Positions 48,101 through 60,209 of a DNA stretch of 64,000 bases are shown here, in pieces (within the stretch, counting starts at the first letter, position 1; every line of letters starts with the position of its first letter). Below the pieces are notes generated by a model. It did not search any database. It saw nothing but the letters and a program-made list of their open reading frames with translations, and was not told the DNA's origin. The position numbers and the translations under genes were made by a program. Source of the DNA: Nemertoderma westbladi (lineage: Eukaryota; Animalia; Xenacoelomorpha); the NCBI GenBank assembly GCA_032718475.1, contig JAUCBJ010006774.1, positions 1 to 64,000 of the forward strand. The letters run 5' to 3'.

Positions 48101-50806
48101 TATGTGTTAGGTTAACTCCTGTATGTGTTGGGTTAACTCCGGTATGTGTTGGGTTAACTCCTGTATGTGTTGGGTTAACTCCTGTATGTGTTGGGTTAAC
48201 TCCTGTACCTGTATGTGTTGGGGTAACTCCTGTATGTGTTGGGTTAACTCCTGTATGTGTTGGGTTAACTCCTGTACCTGTATGTGTTGGGGTAACTCCT
48301 GTATGTGTTGGGTTATCTCCTGTACCTGTATGTGTTGGGTTAACTCCTGTATGTGTTGGGTTAACTCCTGTATGTGTTGGGTTAACTCCTGTATGTGTTG
48401 GATTAACTCCTGTAGGTGTTGGGTTAACTCCTGTATGTGTTGGGTTAACTCCTGTATGTATTGGGTTAACTCATGTATGTGTTGGGTTAACTCCTGTATG
48501 TGTTGGGTTAACTCCTGTAATGTATGTGTTGGGTTAACTCTCTGTATGTGTTGGGTTAACTCCTGTATGTGTTGGGTCAACTCCTGTATGTGTTGGGTTA
48601 ACTCCTATATGTGTTGGGTTAACTCCTGTATGTGTTGGGTTAACTCCTGTATGTGTTGGGTTAACTACTGTATGTGTTGGGTTAACTCCTGTATGTGTTG
48701 GGTTAACTCCTGTATGTGTTGGGTTAACTCCTGTATGGGTTGGGTTAACTACTGTATGTGTTGGGTTAACTCCTGTATGTGTTGGGTTAACTCCTGTATG
48801 TGTTGGGTTAACTCCTGTATGTGTTGGGTTAACTCATGTATGTGTTGGGTTAACTCCTGTATGTGTTGGGTTAACTCCTGTATGTGTTGGGTTAACTCCC
48901 AGTATGTGTTGGGTTAACTCCTGTATGTGTTGGGTTAACTCCTGTTTGTGTTGGGTTAACTCCTGTATGTGTTGGGTTATCTCCTGTATGTGTTGGGTTA
49001 ACTCCTATGTGTTGGGTTAACTCTTGTATGTGTTGGGTTAACTCCTGTATGTGTTGGGTTAACTCCTGTACCTGTATGTGTTGGGTTAACTCCTGTATGT
49101 GTTAGGTTAACTCCTGTATGTGTTGGGTTAACTCCGGTATGTGTTGGGTTAACTCCTGTATGTGTTGGGTTAACTCCTGTATGTGTTGGGTTAACTCCTG
49201 TACCTGTATGTGTTGGGGTAACTCCTGTATGTGTTGGGTTATCTCCTGTACCTGTATGTGTTGGGTTAACTCCTGTATGTGTTGGGTTAACTCCTGTATG
49301 TGTTGGGTTAACTCCTGTATGTGTTGGATTAACTCCTGTATGTGTTGGGTTAACTCCTGTATGTGTTGGGTTAACTCCTGTATGTGTTGGGTTAACTCCT
49401 GTATGTGTTGGGTTAACTCCTGTATGTGTTGGGGTAACTCCTGTATGTGTTGGGTTGGGGTAACTCCTGTATGTGTTGGGTTGGGGTAACTCCTGTATGT
49501 GTTGGGTTAACTCCTGTATGTGTTGGGTTAACTCCTGTATGTGTTGGGTCAACTCCTGTATGTGTTGGGTCAACTCCTGTATGTGTTGGGTTAACTCCTG
49601 TATGTGTTGGGTTAACTCCTGTATGTGTTGGGTTAACTCCTGTATGTGTTGGGTTGGGGTAACTCCTGTATGTGTTGGGTTAACTCCTGTATGTGTTGGG
49701 TTAACTCCTGTATGTGTTGGGTTAACTCCTGTATGTGTTGGGGTAACTCCTGTATGTGTTGGGTTAACTCCTGTATGTGTTGGGTTAACTCCTGTATGTG
49801 TTGGGTTAACTCCTGTATGTGTTGGGTTAACTCATCTATGTGTTGGGTTAACTCATCTATGTGTTGGGTTAACTCCTGTATGTGTTGGGTTAACTCCTGT
49901 ATGTGTTGGGTTAACTCCTGTATGTGTTGGGTTAACTCCTGTATGTGTTGGGTTAACTCCTGTATGTGTTGGGTTAACTCCTGTATGTGTTGGGTTAACT
50001 CATGTATGTGTTGGGTTAACTCCTGTATGTGTTGGGTTAACTCCTGTAATGTATGTGTTGGGTTAACTCCCTCCCTGTATGTGTTGGGTTAACTCCTGTA
50101 GGTGTTGGGTTAACTCCTGTATGTGTTGGGTTAACTCCTGTATGTATTGGGTTAACTCATGTATGTGTTGGGTTAACTCCTGTATGTGTTGGGTTAACTC
50201 CTGTAATGTATGTGTTGGGTTAACTCCTGTATGTGTTGGGTTAACTCCTGTATGTGTTGGGTCAACTCCTGTATGTGTTGGGTTAACTCCTATATGTGTT
50301 GGGTTAACTCATGTATGTGTTGGGTTAACTCCTGTATGTGTTGGGTTAACTACTGTATGTGTTGGGTTAACTCCTGTATGTGTTGGGTTAACTCCTGTAT
50401 GTGTTGGGTTAACTCCTGTATGTGTTGGGTTGGGGTAACTCCTGTATGTGTTGGGTCAACTCCTGTATGTGTTGGGTTAACTCCTATATGTGTTGGGTTA
50501 ACTCCTGTATGTGTTGGGTTAACTCCTGTATGTGTTGGGTTAACTACTGTATGTGTTGGGTTAACTCCTGTATGTGTTGGGTTAACTCCTGTATGTGTTG
50601 GGGTAACTCCTGTATGTGTTGGGTTAACTCCTGTATGTGTTGGGTTAACTCCTGTATGTGTTGGGTTAACTCCTGTATGTGTTGGGTTAACTCCTGTATG
50701 TGTTGGGTTAACTCCTGTATGTGTTGGGTTAACTCCTGTATGTGTTGGGTTAACTCCTGTATGTGTTGGGTTAACTCCTGTATGTGTTGGGTTAACTACT
50801 ATGTTG
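45128..50806. repeat. 21-bp minisatellite (TGTATGTGTTGGGTTAACTCC)n, blocks 45128-45207 and 47666-50806
   Basis: Seen directly; interrupted by the foldback element. Confidence 0.97.
45208..47665. mobile_element. Foldback-type non-autonomous hAT element (2.46-kb near-palindrome)
   Basis: TIR TAGGGTGGTCCTTATTT; 8-bp TSD TCCTGTAT at 45200-45207 and 47666-47673; arms of about 1.1 kb are inverted copies (ORFs 45410-45724 minus and 47206-47532 plus mirror each other). Confidence 0.92.
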
Positions 50807-50820
50807 GTTTAAATTTGTAG

Positions 50821-51022
50821 GAAGAAGATAACCATTCTTCTAATCGGGAATCACTCAGCCGGTAAAAGTACCTTCATTAACTGGTACGTAGAGGAACACG
50901 TTCAGAAGACCGGGGTTGCCATAGAAACACAAGGATTTACTATAGTAACGAGCGGTAAGAAGCGGGAGTCACTCACCGGTAACGCCACTCTACATCTCTA
51001 TCCACACTTTAAACCTCTTCAG
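50821..51022 (+). CDS. EHD-like NTPase coding exon 2 (P-loop)
   Basis: ttgtag|G; KKITILLIGNHSAGKSTFINWYVEEHVQKTGVAIETQGFTIVTSG...HFKPLQ; donor CAG|GTATAT, phase 0. Confidence 0.92.
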
Positions 51023-51441
51023 GTATATTGGATGGAGTTTATCTCAACTTTATTTTATTTTTATTTTTATCAAACTAAACTATTATTAATAAATAAATCA
51101 ATACATATTTGAAATGCAATGTTTTTATGCTTGTTGTTGTTATGTAATTTTTATTTATTTTTAAACTTAAATATCCCAAAATTAATTATCCAGGCTCGGT
51201 TCCGATTCGGCCACCACTATTTGATTATGATCGTATAATTATTTAAAAATAGTAAACATTAATATTAATAATAATATAGCAAATAGTAAACGCATAAAGT
51301 AGTTTATTAGTTTTATTAGCGGAATATGTTTTCTCCGACTGAGTAGTGGGTACCCACCCATCTACCGTTTTTTTTGCTTACCTTGTATGAGGTTTTTAGA
51401 ACCACATTTAGCAATAAGTTAAGTATTTTGTGTTTTTTTAG

Positions 51442-51592
51442 GAACTGCCCGGGGTTATAGATTATCTCAACACCGAAATCTCGACCTCTAAACAGAAGAA
51501 GTTCAGTTTGGTAACATTTGTGGACACGCCGGGGCTGGTTGATGGGGATATGAAATATCCGTTCGACGCAGACCAGACAATATTGTGGCTCG
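51442..51592 (+). CDS. EHD-like NTPase coding exon 3 (G3 DTPG)
   Basis: tttttttag|; ELPGVIDYLNTEISTSKQKKFSLVTFVDTPGLVDGDMKYPFDADQTILWL(G); donor G|GTTAGT, phase 1. Confidence 0.92.
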
Positions 51593-52334
51593 GTTAGTAA
51601 AATAAATGGACCTAAGACACTCAGGTAGTAAAGCTACCCATTCGGTTATACTGTATATTGAACATAAATTCATAGTAAATACATAACATATAAATATTAA
51701 TCATGACGCATAGCAACAACACCACTAATCAAATAATCTCGAATATCGGGCGTGATAATCATGGTCCTCAATCAGTTGAGCTCATACGAGCTGGTTTATT
51801 TCATTGGGAGTCCGGATATACACAAATATATGAAGTTTATGCACGTTTAAATTTGTACAGGGATTTATATAGTAATATGATGTTTTTGGTACAAGTGCAT
51901 TTTATTTTATAGGTAAGCAATATATTTGTATATTATTTTGTTTTGTAATGTTGAGTACATGTTGTAAGATGCTCAAAGTACACAGTAGCAGAAATAAACT
52001 TATTGTTTAGTTTGAGTTGTATCAAGATTGTTGCGTTTACGATTTGTTCAGTACACTAATTGTCAATAACTTATGAAATAACCACAAACTCCCCATTGTT
52101 ATTAATTGTAAACATAAACATCAATGTAATATTGAAAAACAAAACTAAACAAATATATCTAACACAGTAAATTGCTATTGCTGTATCCTATCCTATTATA
52201 TCCTATCTGTAAATTAATCACAAGTAATTAAATATACCTGACACAAGTAATAATTCATTATACCGGTAACAACATTAAAGACACGTTTAAGTATTAATCC
52301 ATTGCTTTAACGGTTGCTAGGTGTACAACCGTTG

Positions 52335-52986
52335 CTAGGTATCCTCGCTAGATACTTTGGGTACGAGGGCCGTTGCTAATAGTAACGGGGTGGTCATAAG
52401 GAGGTCGGAGACGGGATGCCAGTCCCGCAGGTCACAACACCAGTGGTAGACCGCGACGGGACTCGGTTCCTCGTTGCTAGGGGTTACTACGGTCGGGGTG
52501 GGAACCGAGTCGTCTTGCACCGCACCCACTACCACCAACTCGTTGTCGTGGTAACCGACGTGTATATCGGCGAGCGGGACTGGGAGGTCCGGTCCGACGA
52601 CCCACTCTTCCAACTCCAGGTCGTAGAACTCGGCCGTGGTCAGCCAACTGGTCGCTGATTGGTCGGCCGTGGTCAGCCAGCTCGTCGCTGATTGGTCAAG
52701 CTCCTCGTCCGTGTAGACTACCCGGCCCCCCAGTACGAAGAGTTTGTGGTCGTAGTAAGTAACTCCGGGTCCGGCCCGCGGTGTCGGCATGCTATCCAAG
52801 GGGAACCACCTATCCAACGCCGAGGAGTACTTGTAGAACATCTGGGAGACGGCGCCCCCCGTAGTGACGCCCCCTACCAGGTAGATCTGTCCTCGGTACA
52901 CGGTTCCAGAGGCCTCCGCTAGAGGGATGGGTAGGTTCCGTATAGGAGTCCAGACGTCCTCCGACGGGTTGTACTTCTCGGCCGAT
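52335..52986 (-). CDS. Nested Kelch-like (BTB-BACK-Kelch) gene, exon 2
   Basis: Acceptor ttcccgcag| at 52987. (R)SAEKYNPSEDVWTLL...IYLVGG...YSSALDRW...MPTPRAG...LFVLGG...FYDLELEEW are Kelch repeats; stop at 52335. Confidence 0.88.
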
Positions 52987-53470
52987 CTGCGGGAATATTA
53001 AACTGGATTATTTGCCGCTCGTCTTAGATTAATTAATTATTTTTTATTGTTCTGCTGAATTCAACAAATATCTTGTATACTCAGTAACGAATATTTGATT
53101 GTTAAACATTTGTACGGCGATAGGATAACGGGAGTTTATTATAACATAAAGGTGTTGTTATTCTACTCAGCGATTAATTGTAATTAAAACTATAACTGTA
53201 ACTGAAGTGTCGTCATAATGCCCAAAGTCGAATTTTGTCGGAATTTACATTTTTATACAATTCCACTTTTTTTTTATCAGCTGGTGAAGTTTTCAACACT
53301 TTACCGATGGGAAGTGATGATTATTGCGTGGTAAAGAGATATCCCAGCCGACAATATTTTACTGCAGAAAGGCCCTATATCTCTAAATATTGGCTCTCCG
53401 GAACAATTGTAATTTTGACTTTATGGCCTTATGACGCTTACACTGCGTTATAAGAAATCCCACAACTAAC

Positions 53471-54912
53471 CTGAGAATTCCAGAAGAATTTCTGCCGCCA
53501 AACGCAAATATATGCTGTCCCATTACCGCGATCCAGTGGTCCATCCTGGAACTAATCATTGGGGATCTTTTACTCCAGACCAACCGCTTGGTGTCTAGCA
53601 TCCACACCGATCTCACCGATTCACCGCCGGTGACCCCGCCCGCTACATAAAGGAACCAGCCACTGACCACCACGCTGCTGCTATTGGTCAGCGTGGGCGG
53701 TGGCACGAAGCCGCTGGTTTCCAGCTCTCCTATCGGCTGCAGACTGGTTGGCTCCATAATCGGGACCCGCAGAGAAACCCTGACTTCCGATTGGCTCTCC
53801 GTATCAGAGAAGTCCGCCTCGTCGCTTAGACTGCTGTCCCGCCCGTTTCTATGGTTACGGATGGGTCTGTACTTGCATATGATGCTGGAGCAGCTGCTCG
53901 CGTTGCTGATGTTCCGACAGACAGGACGTCGTCTATTGCGGGGCGGTGGAACGGGGGGTTCCAGGAGGTTAGGCGTGGAGGAACACCGTTCCGACAGCGT
54001 TGTAGAACGCGGCGCCCGGGGCGGCCGTCCATCCGCTCTGTACTTGTCGACCTGGGCCACGAGGTTGAGGTTGAGACTGACCTTGTGAAACGGGAACCCA
54101 TCCCGGGGCCGGGTGTTACTCCCGAGTTCGGGACCGCGTTCCCACGCGAACGAGTAGCCCTCCAACTCGTCGCGGACCTCCGGGTTCAACGAGACGCACT
54201 CCCGCTGCAGGAGCCGCAGGGTGCGACAGGGTTTAATGTAGGCGAATCGGATGAGCGCGAGCAGCGTCGCCGTGAACTCCCGACGATTATCCGCCTCGAA
54301 CTTCAACCAACGGAGAATCGCTTCCAACGCGAGGATCTCATTGGCTATGTTCAACTCGTCCTTACCTATGAGTTGTATGACGTCATCTATTTTCAGGGTA
54401 TAGAATCCCTTGGTGAGGGAGAAATCTTCGAAGTTTTCCGCTAGTAGTCGCAGACTCGTCGTCTCTAACTGAGGTAGCTCGTGGTCCCTGGCCGCTCGCA
54501 GACTCGGGACGCATGTCTCCACGGTAACCAACTCAGAGAGCTTCAGGTCGCAACATTTAACCAGCGTCGATATGGCCAGCATCTTACCGGCTTCTAGAAC
54601 GTTTTCGAATCCTCCGAGAGTGACCTCCAAGGCCCCCGTGTAGAGGAAGTCGACCACTACACCGAGTATACCTGGCGTTATGTTGTCTACTCGAAATTCC
54701 TCATTGTGCTCGATCGTGCAATAGAACAGCGCAGCGAACAGCGGACTCGACGCCGCTAACAGAGCTCTATGGCAACGGATACGGTTGCCTCCAGCAACCA
54801 AAGTGACGTCACATAACATTCCATTACGTCTGAGTCTATGAAATCCGTCTAGTAGGTCTAGCGCTCGCATGTACCTTGAGTCACCGCCAGGGGGCTCTAA
54901 AAACTCAGTCAT
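53471..54912 (-). CDS. Nested Kelch-like (BTB-BACK-Kelch) gene, exon 1; spliced product about 697 aa
   Basis: ATG at 54912 (the ORF-track start 54921 is TTG). BTB: LCDVTLVAG..CHRALLAASSPLF..VDFLYTG. BACK: ENF..FYTL..DELNIANE..AILRW..IRF. Kelch: LYVAGG, MISSRMDH..IFAFGG. Donor AG|GTTAGT at 53470, phase 2, matching exon 2. Confidence 0.88.
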
Positions 54913-54939
54913 TGTCCGCAAAAGTCAGATAGAAATATA

Positions 54940-55125
54940 ATGAAATAGACTAATAGTATTTTACACTACGTGAAATATACTAATAGTATTTTACACTACG
55001 TGAAATATACGAATAGTATATTACACTACGTGAAATATACTAATAGTATATTTCACGTAGTGTAATATACTATTAGTATATTACACATGTGAAATATACT
55101 TATAGTATTTTACACTACGTGAAAT
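54940..55125. repeat. 30-bp tandem repeat (about 6 units, one inverted) just upstream of the Kelch start
   Basis: tgaaatatactaatagtattttacactacg repeated; reversed unit at about 55050-55082. Confidence 0.85.
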
Positions 55126-56281
55126 AGATCTAATTAGGTCTAAAACTATTAAATTACGTCTTTAGACTTTATTATTATCGGCGTTTAAATAATAAATAAT
55201 TTATTGTCAGAAATAAAAACTCGATATTGTTGACAATTAATTAATATCGCTCGCAGCAGATGTGTGAACTATGCAAGTCGCTGTTTATTATTGTTATGTT
55301 ATACCACTACTGATAACGAAGAATCAATGTCCGCAATTAATTCGATATTAAATCTACTCTGTTACGCAATATAGTTGGTTCCCACGAATATTAATTAAAC
55401 ATTTAATTAGTTTATGTATTCCTTTTATCTACGTAATGAGTTACAATGCGTCACCGCCTAACTGTTATTATATAAAAGTGGTTGATATTCCGTGCCAAAC
55501 CTAATATATCTTATAGAATTCCTCGCCAAACTAATGAGTTTCTTCTGTGATAAATAACGCAACAAATTATTATGTTTGATTTGGGCCAAGATAATATATC
55601 AAGTGTGATTATGTTATGTAGTAAATGATGTTAGCGTAGAGGATGGTTAATCTTCGCATCCGGAAATTACGTCATAATTATACGGGCTGTCCATGTTTAC
55701 TGTTAACTACTTAATAACGGCTGTCCATGTTTACTGGTCCTGTTATTTACTTTCCAGTCGCCCATCTTCCAAAGCGGAAGAATTTAAGAGAGTCTTAAAT
55801 TAATAAAATGCACTGTAAACATTGATACAAACCAGACATCTACTCCCTTAGGTAGACTATATAGAGGTATATTGTAATGTACTTTTAAATCTTAAATTAA
55901 GCTCAACGGTTCATTTACACTGCAGCACAATGCCGCATTTCGCATTCTCCAGAAAGTACATGACTACATTAAATTGTTAAACAACTGATATTCGCCTACA
56001 CTCACACAATAACGCCGTAGTATTTGTAGAAGTTTATTTGGTTGCCCTTCTGTTACTATTCGAGATGTTTAAGTCTACCGTATTACCACAGCCAATCGAT
56101 TTCTTCTTGTATTCCATATAATAATCCCCACGGAATATTGTTTACTCTCGCAGTGGGGGTTACTATGGATGGAAATATTACAAACTAAACAATCTAAACA
56201 CTTGACTTAATTAACTAATCGCTTTTAAGTTTTAATGGTTTGAATTATTTAATTATTTGTTATAATAATTAATTTTTTCAG

Positions 56282-56409
56282 GTGATCTGGCTGATCTTAT
56301 CTTTGTATTCTTTGATCCGATGGGTCAAGCATTATGCAAAAGAACTTTGGATCTTGTTGAGAAACTGAACAATGCCCATGGTGATAGGATGAGGTTCTAT
56401 CTGAGCAAG
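56282..56409 (+). CDS. EHD-like NTPase coding exon 4
   Basis: ttttttcag|; (G)DLADLIFVFFDPMGQALCKRTLDLVEKLNNAHGDRMRFYLSK; donor AAG|GTAACT, phase 0. Confidence 0.92.
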
Positions 56410-56419
56410 GTAACTTATT

Positions 56420-58868
56420 ATTTTAGCTCTTTGGGTGTCGGTAATGATATTGTCTAAATCTTTTAGCTCATTAGGTGTCGGTAATGATACTACTACTAGT
56501 ATCGGCATTTTTAAGAATGCTGTGCCGGCTTGTCGACAAAATTGCGCCGCCACAACTCCCTATCACCCATGACATTTGCTAGATCATCCGCATCTTCAAG
56601 GCCAGTGTCCTTTAAGATGCGTCTCAAGAAAGTCATGGGCTGTCCATCATGCTTATTCACTCCATGAGGCTGCTAAAGTACAAGATTATGCACTGGCTGG
56701 TCCTCACGGCGAAAGCAATGTCCTGCAAAGCGGAGGCGATTTTGTTCTAGTGTCAAGCTTGGGGGAACCAATGAGACACCTCCAATGTTATTATTATTAT
56801 TGTTCTGGTAATGATGTTGTCTAACTCTTTTAGCTCTTTAGGTGTTGGTAATGATGTTGTCTAACTCTTTTAGCTCTTTAGGTGTTGGTAATGATGTTGT
56901 CTAACTCTTTTAGCTCTTTGGGTGTCTGTAACGATATTGTCTAACTCTTTTAGCTCTTTTGGTGTCGGTAATGATGTTGTCTATCTCTTTTAGCTCTTTA
57001 GGTGTTGGTAATGATATTGTCTAACTCTTTTAGCTCTTTGGGTGTCGGTAACGATATTATCTTAGAACTCTTTTAGCTCTTTAGGTGTCGGTAACGATAT
57101 TGTCTAATCTTTTAGCTCTTTAGGTGTCGGTAATGATATTGTCTAACTCTTTTAGCTCTTTGGGTGTCGGTAACGATATTATCTTAGAACTCTTTTAGCT
57201 CTTTAGGTGTTGGTAATGATATTGTCTTACTCTTTTAGCTCTTTAGGTGTCGGTAACGATATTATCTTAGAACTCTTTTAGCTCTTTTGGTGTCGCTAAT
57301 GATGTTGTCTATCTCTTTTAGCTCTAGGGTGTCGGTAAAGATATTATCTTAGAACTCTTTTAGCTGTTTAAGTGTCGGTAATGATATTGTCTAACTCTTT
57401 TAGCTCTTTTGGTGTCGGTAACGATATTCTCTTAGAACTCTTTTAGTTCTTTGGGTGTCGGTAATGATATTGTCTAACTCTTTTAGCTCTTTAGGTGTTG
57501 GTAATGATATTGTCTAACTCTTTTAGCTCTTTAGGTGTTGGTAATGATTTTGTCTAACTCTTTTAGCTCTTTTGGTGTTGGTAATGATATTGTCTAACTC
57601 TTTTAGCTCTTTTGGTGTCGGTAATGATATTGTCTAACTCTTTTAGCTCTTTTGGTGTCGGTAATGATATTGTCTAACTCTTTTAGCTCTTTTGGTGTCG
57701 GTAATGATATTGTCTAACTCTTTTAGCTCATTGGGTGTCGGTAATGATATTGTCTAACTCTTTTAGCTCTTTTGGTGTCGGTAATGATATTGTCTAACTC
57801 TTTTAGCTCATTGGGTGTCGGTAATGATATTGTCTAACTCTTTTAGCTCATTGGGTGTCGGTAATGATATTGTCTAACTCTTTTAGCTCTTTTGGTGTCG
57901 GTAATGATATTGTCTAACTCTTTTAGCTCTTTTGGTGTTGGTAATGATATTGTCTAACTCTTTTAGCTCTTTTGGTGTCGGTAATGATATTGTCTAACTC
58001 TTTTAGCTCTTTTGGTGTCCGTAATGATATTGTCTAACTCTTTTAGCTCTTTTGGTGTTGGTAATGATATTGTCTAACTCTTTTAGCTCTTTTGGTGTCG
58101 GTAATGATATTGTCTAACTCTTTTAGCTCTTTTGGTGTCGGTAATGATATTGTCTAACTCTTTTAGCTCATTGGGTGTCGGTAATGATATTGTCTAACTC
58201 TTTTAGCTCTTTTGGTGTCGGTAATGATATTGTCTAACTCTTTTAGCTCTTTTGGTGTTGGTAATGATATTGTCTAACTCTTTTAGCTCTTTTGGTGTCG
58301 GTAATGATATTGTCTAACTCTTTTAGCTCTTTGGGTGTCGGTAACGATATTATCTTAGAACTCTTTTAGCTCTTTAGGTGTTGGTAATGATGTTGTCTAA
58401 CTCTTTTAGCTCTTTGGGTGTCGGTAACGATATTATCTTAGAACTCTTTTAGCTCTTTAGGTGTTGGTAATGATGTTGTCTAACTCTTTTAGCTCTTTGG
58501 GTGTCGGTAACGATATTATCTTAGAACTCTTTTAGCTCTTTAGGTGTTGGTAATGATGTTGTCTAACTCTTTTAGCTCTTTAGGTGTCGGTAATGATATT
58601 GTCTAACTCTTTTAGCTCTTTGGGTGTCGGTAATGATATTGTCTAACTCTTTTAGCTCTTTGGGTGTCGGTAACGATATTATCTTAGAACTCTTTTAGCT
58701 CTTTAGGTGTTGGTAATGATGTTGTCTAACTCTTTTAGCTCTTTAGGTGTCGGTAATGATATTGTCTAACTCTCTTAGCTCTTTGGGTATCGGTAATGAT
58801 ATTGTCTAACTCTTTTAGCTCTTTGGATGTCCGTAATTATATTGTCTAACTCTTTCAACTCTTTAGGT
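56420..58868. repeat. 40-bp minisatellite with 42-bp variants (GGTAATGATATTGTCTAACTCTTTTAGCTCTTTTGGTGTC)n
   Basis: About two units at 56420-56488 and the main block at 56807-58868. Confidence 0.95.
56489..56806 (-). mobile_element. 5'-truncated RTE LINE 3' end inserted in the 40-bp satellite
   Basis: Minus strand reads NRLRFAGHCFRREDQPVHNLVL*QPHG...GQPMTFLRRILKDTGL...MGDRELWRR, then a (TAG)n tail. GGTAATGAT duplicated at 56480-56488 and 56807-56815. Confidence 0.85.
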
Positions 58869-59163
58869 GGGGTTTTTGTATTTCCAAACAGACTTATTAG
58901 ATTCACTTTTTTCGTGTGAAGAACAGGATACAGCTGCTAGCTGATAACAATATTACCCCTACTTTCTGTAAGCGAAGTGTTCCAGCGCTTTGTAAAATAC
59001 CGGTAATATATATTCACTGGAGTTACCGGCCAGTCTTTCAGAACGTGCGAAGAAGGATTCCTAGGATTTACTTGAGTATTTTGAATCCTTTCCGCGAGTC
59101 GGGAGAACCCGGAACGACGAGACAGCCGGTCGACGGCTATGATGAAGCGAGGGAAGCGCACTT

Positions 59164-59715
59164 CTACGAGGGAGCCGCACTGCTGCGAGGGAGCCGCTTC
59201 TGCTGCGAGGGAGTAGCACTGCTGCGAGGGAGCCGCACTGCTGCGAGGGAGCCGCTCTGCTGCGAGGGAGTAGCACTGCTGCGAGGGAGCCGCACTGCTA
59301 CGAGGGAATAGCGCTGCTGCGAGGGAGCCGCACTGCTACGAGGGAATAGCACTGCTGCGAGGGAGCCGCACTGCTGCGAGGGAGCCGCACTGCTGCGAGG
59401 GAGCCGCACTGCTGCGTGGGTGTCGCACTGCTGCGAGGGTGTCGCACTGCTGCGAAGGAGCCGCACTGCTGCGAAGGAGCCGCACTGCTGCGAGGGTGTC
59501 GCACTGCTGCGAGGGAGCCGCACTGCTGCGAGGGAGCCGCACTGCTGCGAGGGAGCCGCACTGCTGCGATGGAGCCGCACTGCTGCGAGGGTGTCGCACT
59601 GCTGCGAGGGTGTCGCACTGCTGCGAGGGAGCCGCACTGCTGCGAGGGAGCCGCACTGCTGCGAGGGAGCCGCACTGCTGGGATGGAGCCGCACTGCTGG
59701 GAGGGAGCAGCAATG
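59164..59715. repeat. GC-rich 20-bp minisatellite (GGAGCCGCACTGCTGCGAGG)n
   Basis: Seen directly; about 27 units; source of the overlapping ORFs there. Confidence 0.93.
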
Positions 59716-60209
59716 CTGCTCAACATGGTGGATGTTGTGCTTTATGTAGTTTGGAAGCGTTATGAAGTTGGACAACGGCAACGGGAACCCGGCACCCCTA
59801 AACCCTTCAGAGAACCAGGGATGAGTGCTGACGGGTTCAGTGAATCGATTACATGTAAAATAGTCTCTTTTCCATTATGACCATTTGATGTTATTGACAT
59901 CGCTGGCTGGGTAAATTATACATCTCGGGCTCTTCGGAAAATAAGCGATATTTATTCTAATAAATATTATCGGTATTATGTAATTAGTAGTTTTTCTCCC
60001 GGTTTCTAAAGAATATTCCTTATTTTTTACTATTATTTTCAGTACGTGTTTGATTTATAGACGGCAAAATAGGCGCGACAATATCGACGGCAGACAGATT
60101 ATCGATATTATCGACAGCTTTGAGATTAGCTACTTTAGTACGTCTATAGAAAGTAGTTGCTTAGCAACTGATGCGGTTGTGTATAAACTTTCAGTTTCTC
60201 TCCCGACAG

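Noticed and set aside
47525-50820. Cys-rich (MCWVNSC)n or coiled-coil (ELTQHIQ)n proteins; telomere-like repeat
   Set aside because: Translations of a 21-bp satellite with frequent frameshifting indels; the unit has TGGGTTA but no tandem TTAGGG.
53383-53470. C-terminus of ORF 53383-54921 (similarly the N-terminus of ORF 60171-60911)
   Set aside because: Read-through into introns; canonical splice sites at 53470 and 60209 give phase-compatible joins.
58916-59880. Overlapping ORFs on both strands
   Set aside because: Products of a GC-rich 20-bp minisatellite within intron 4.
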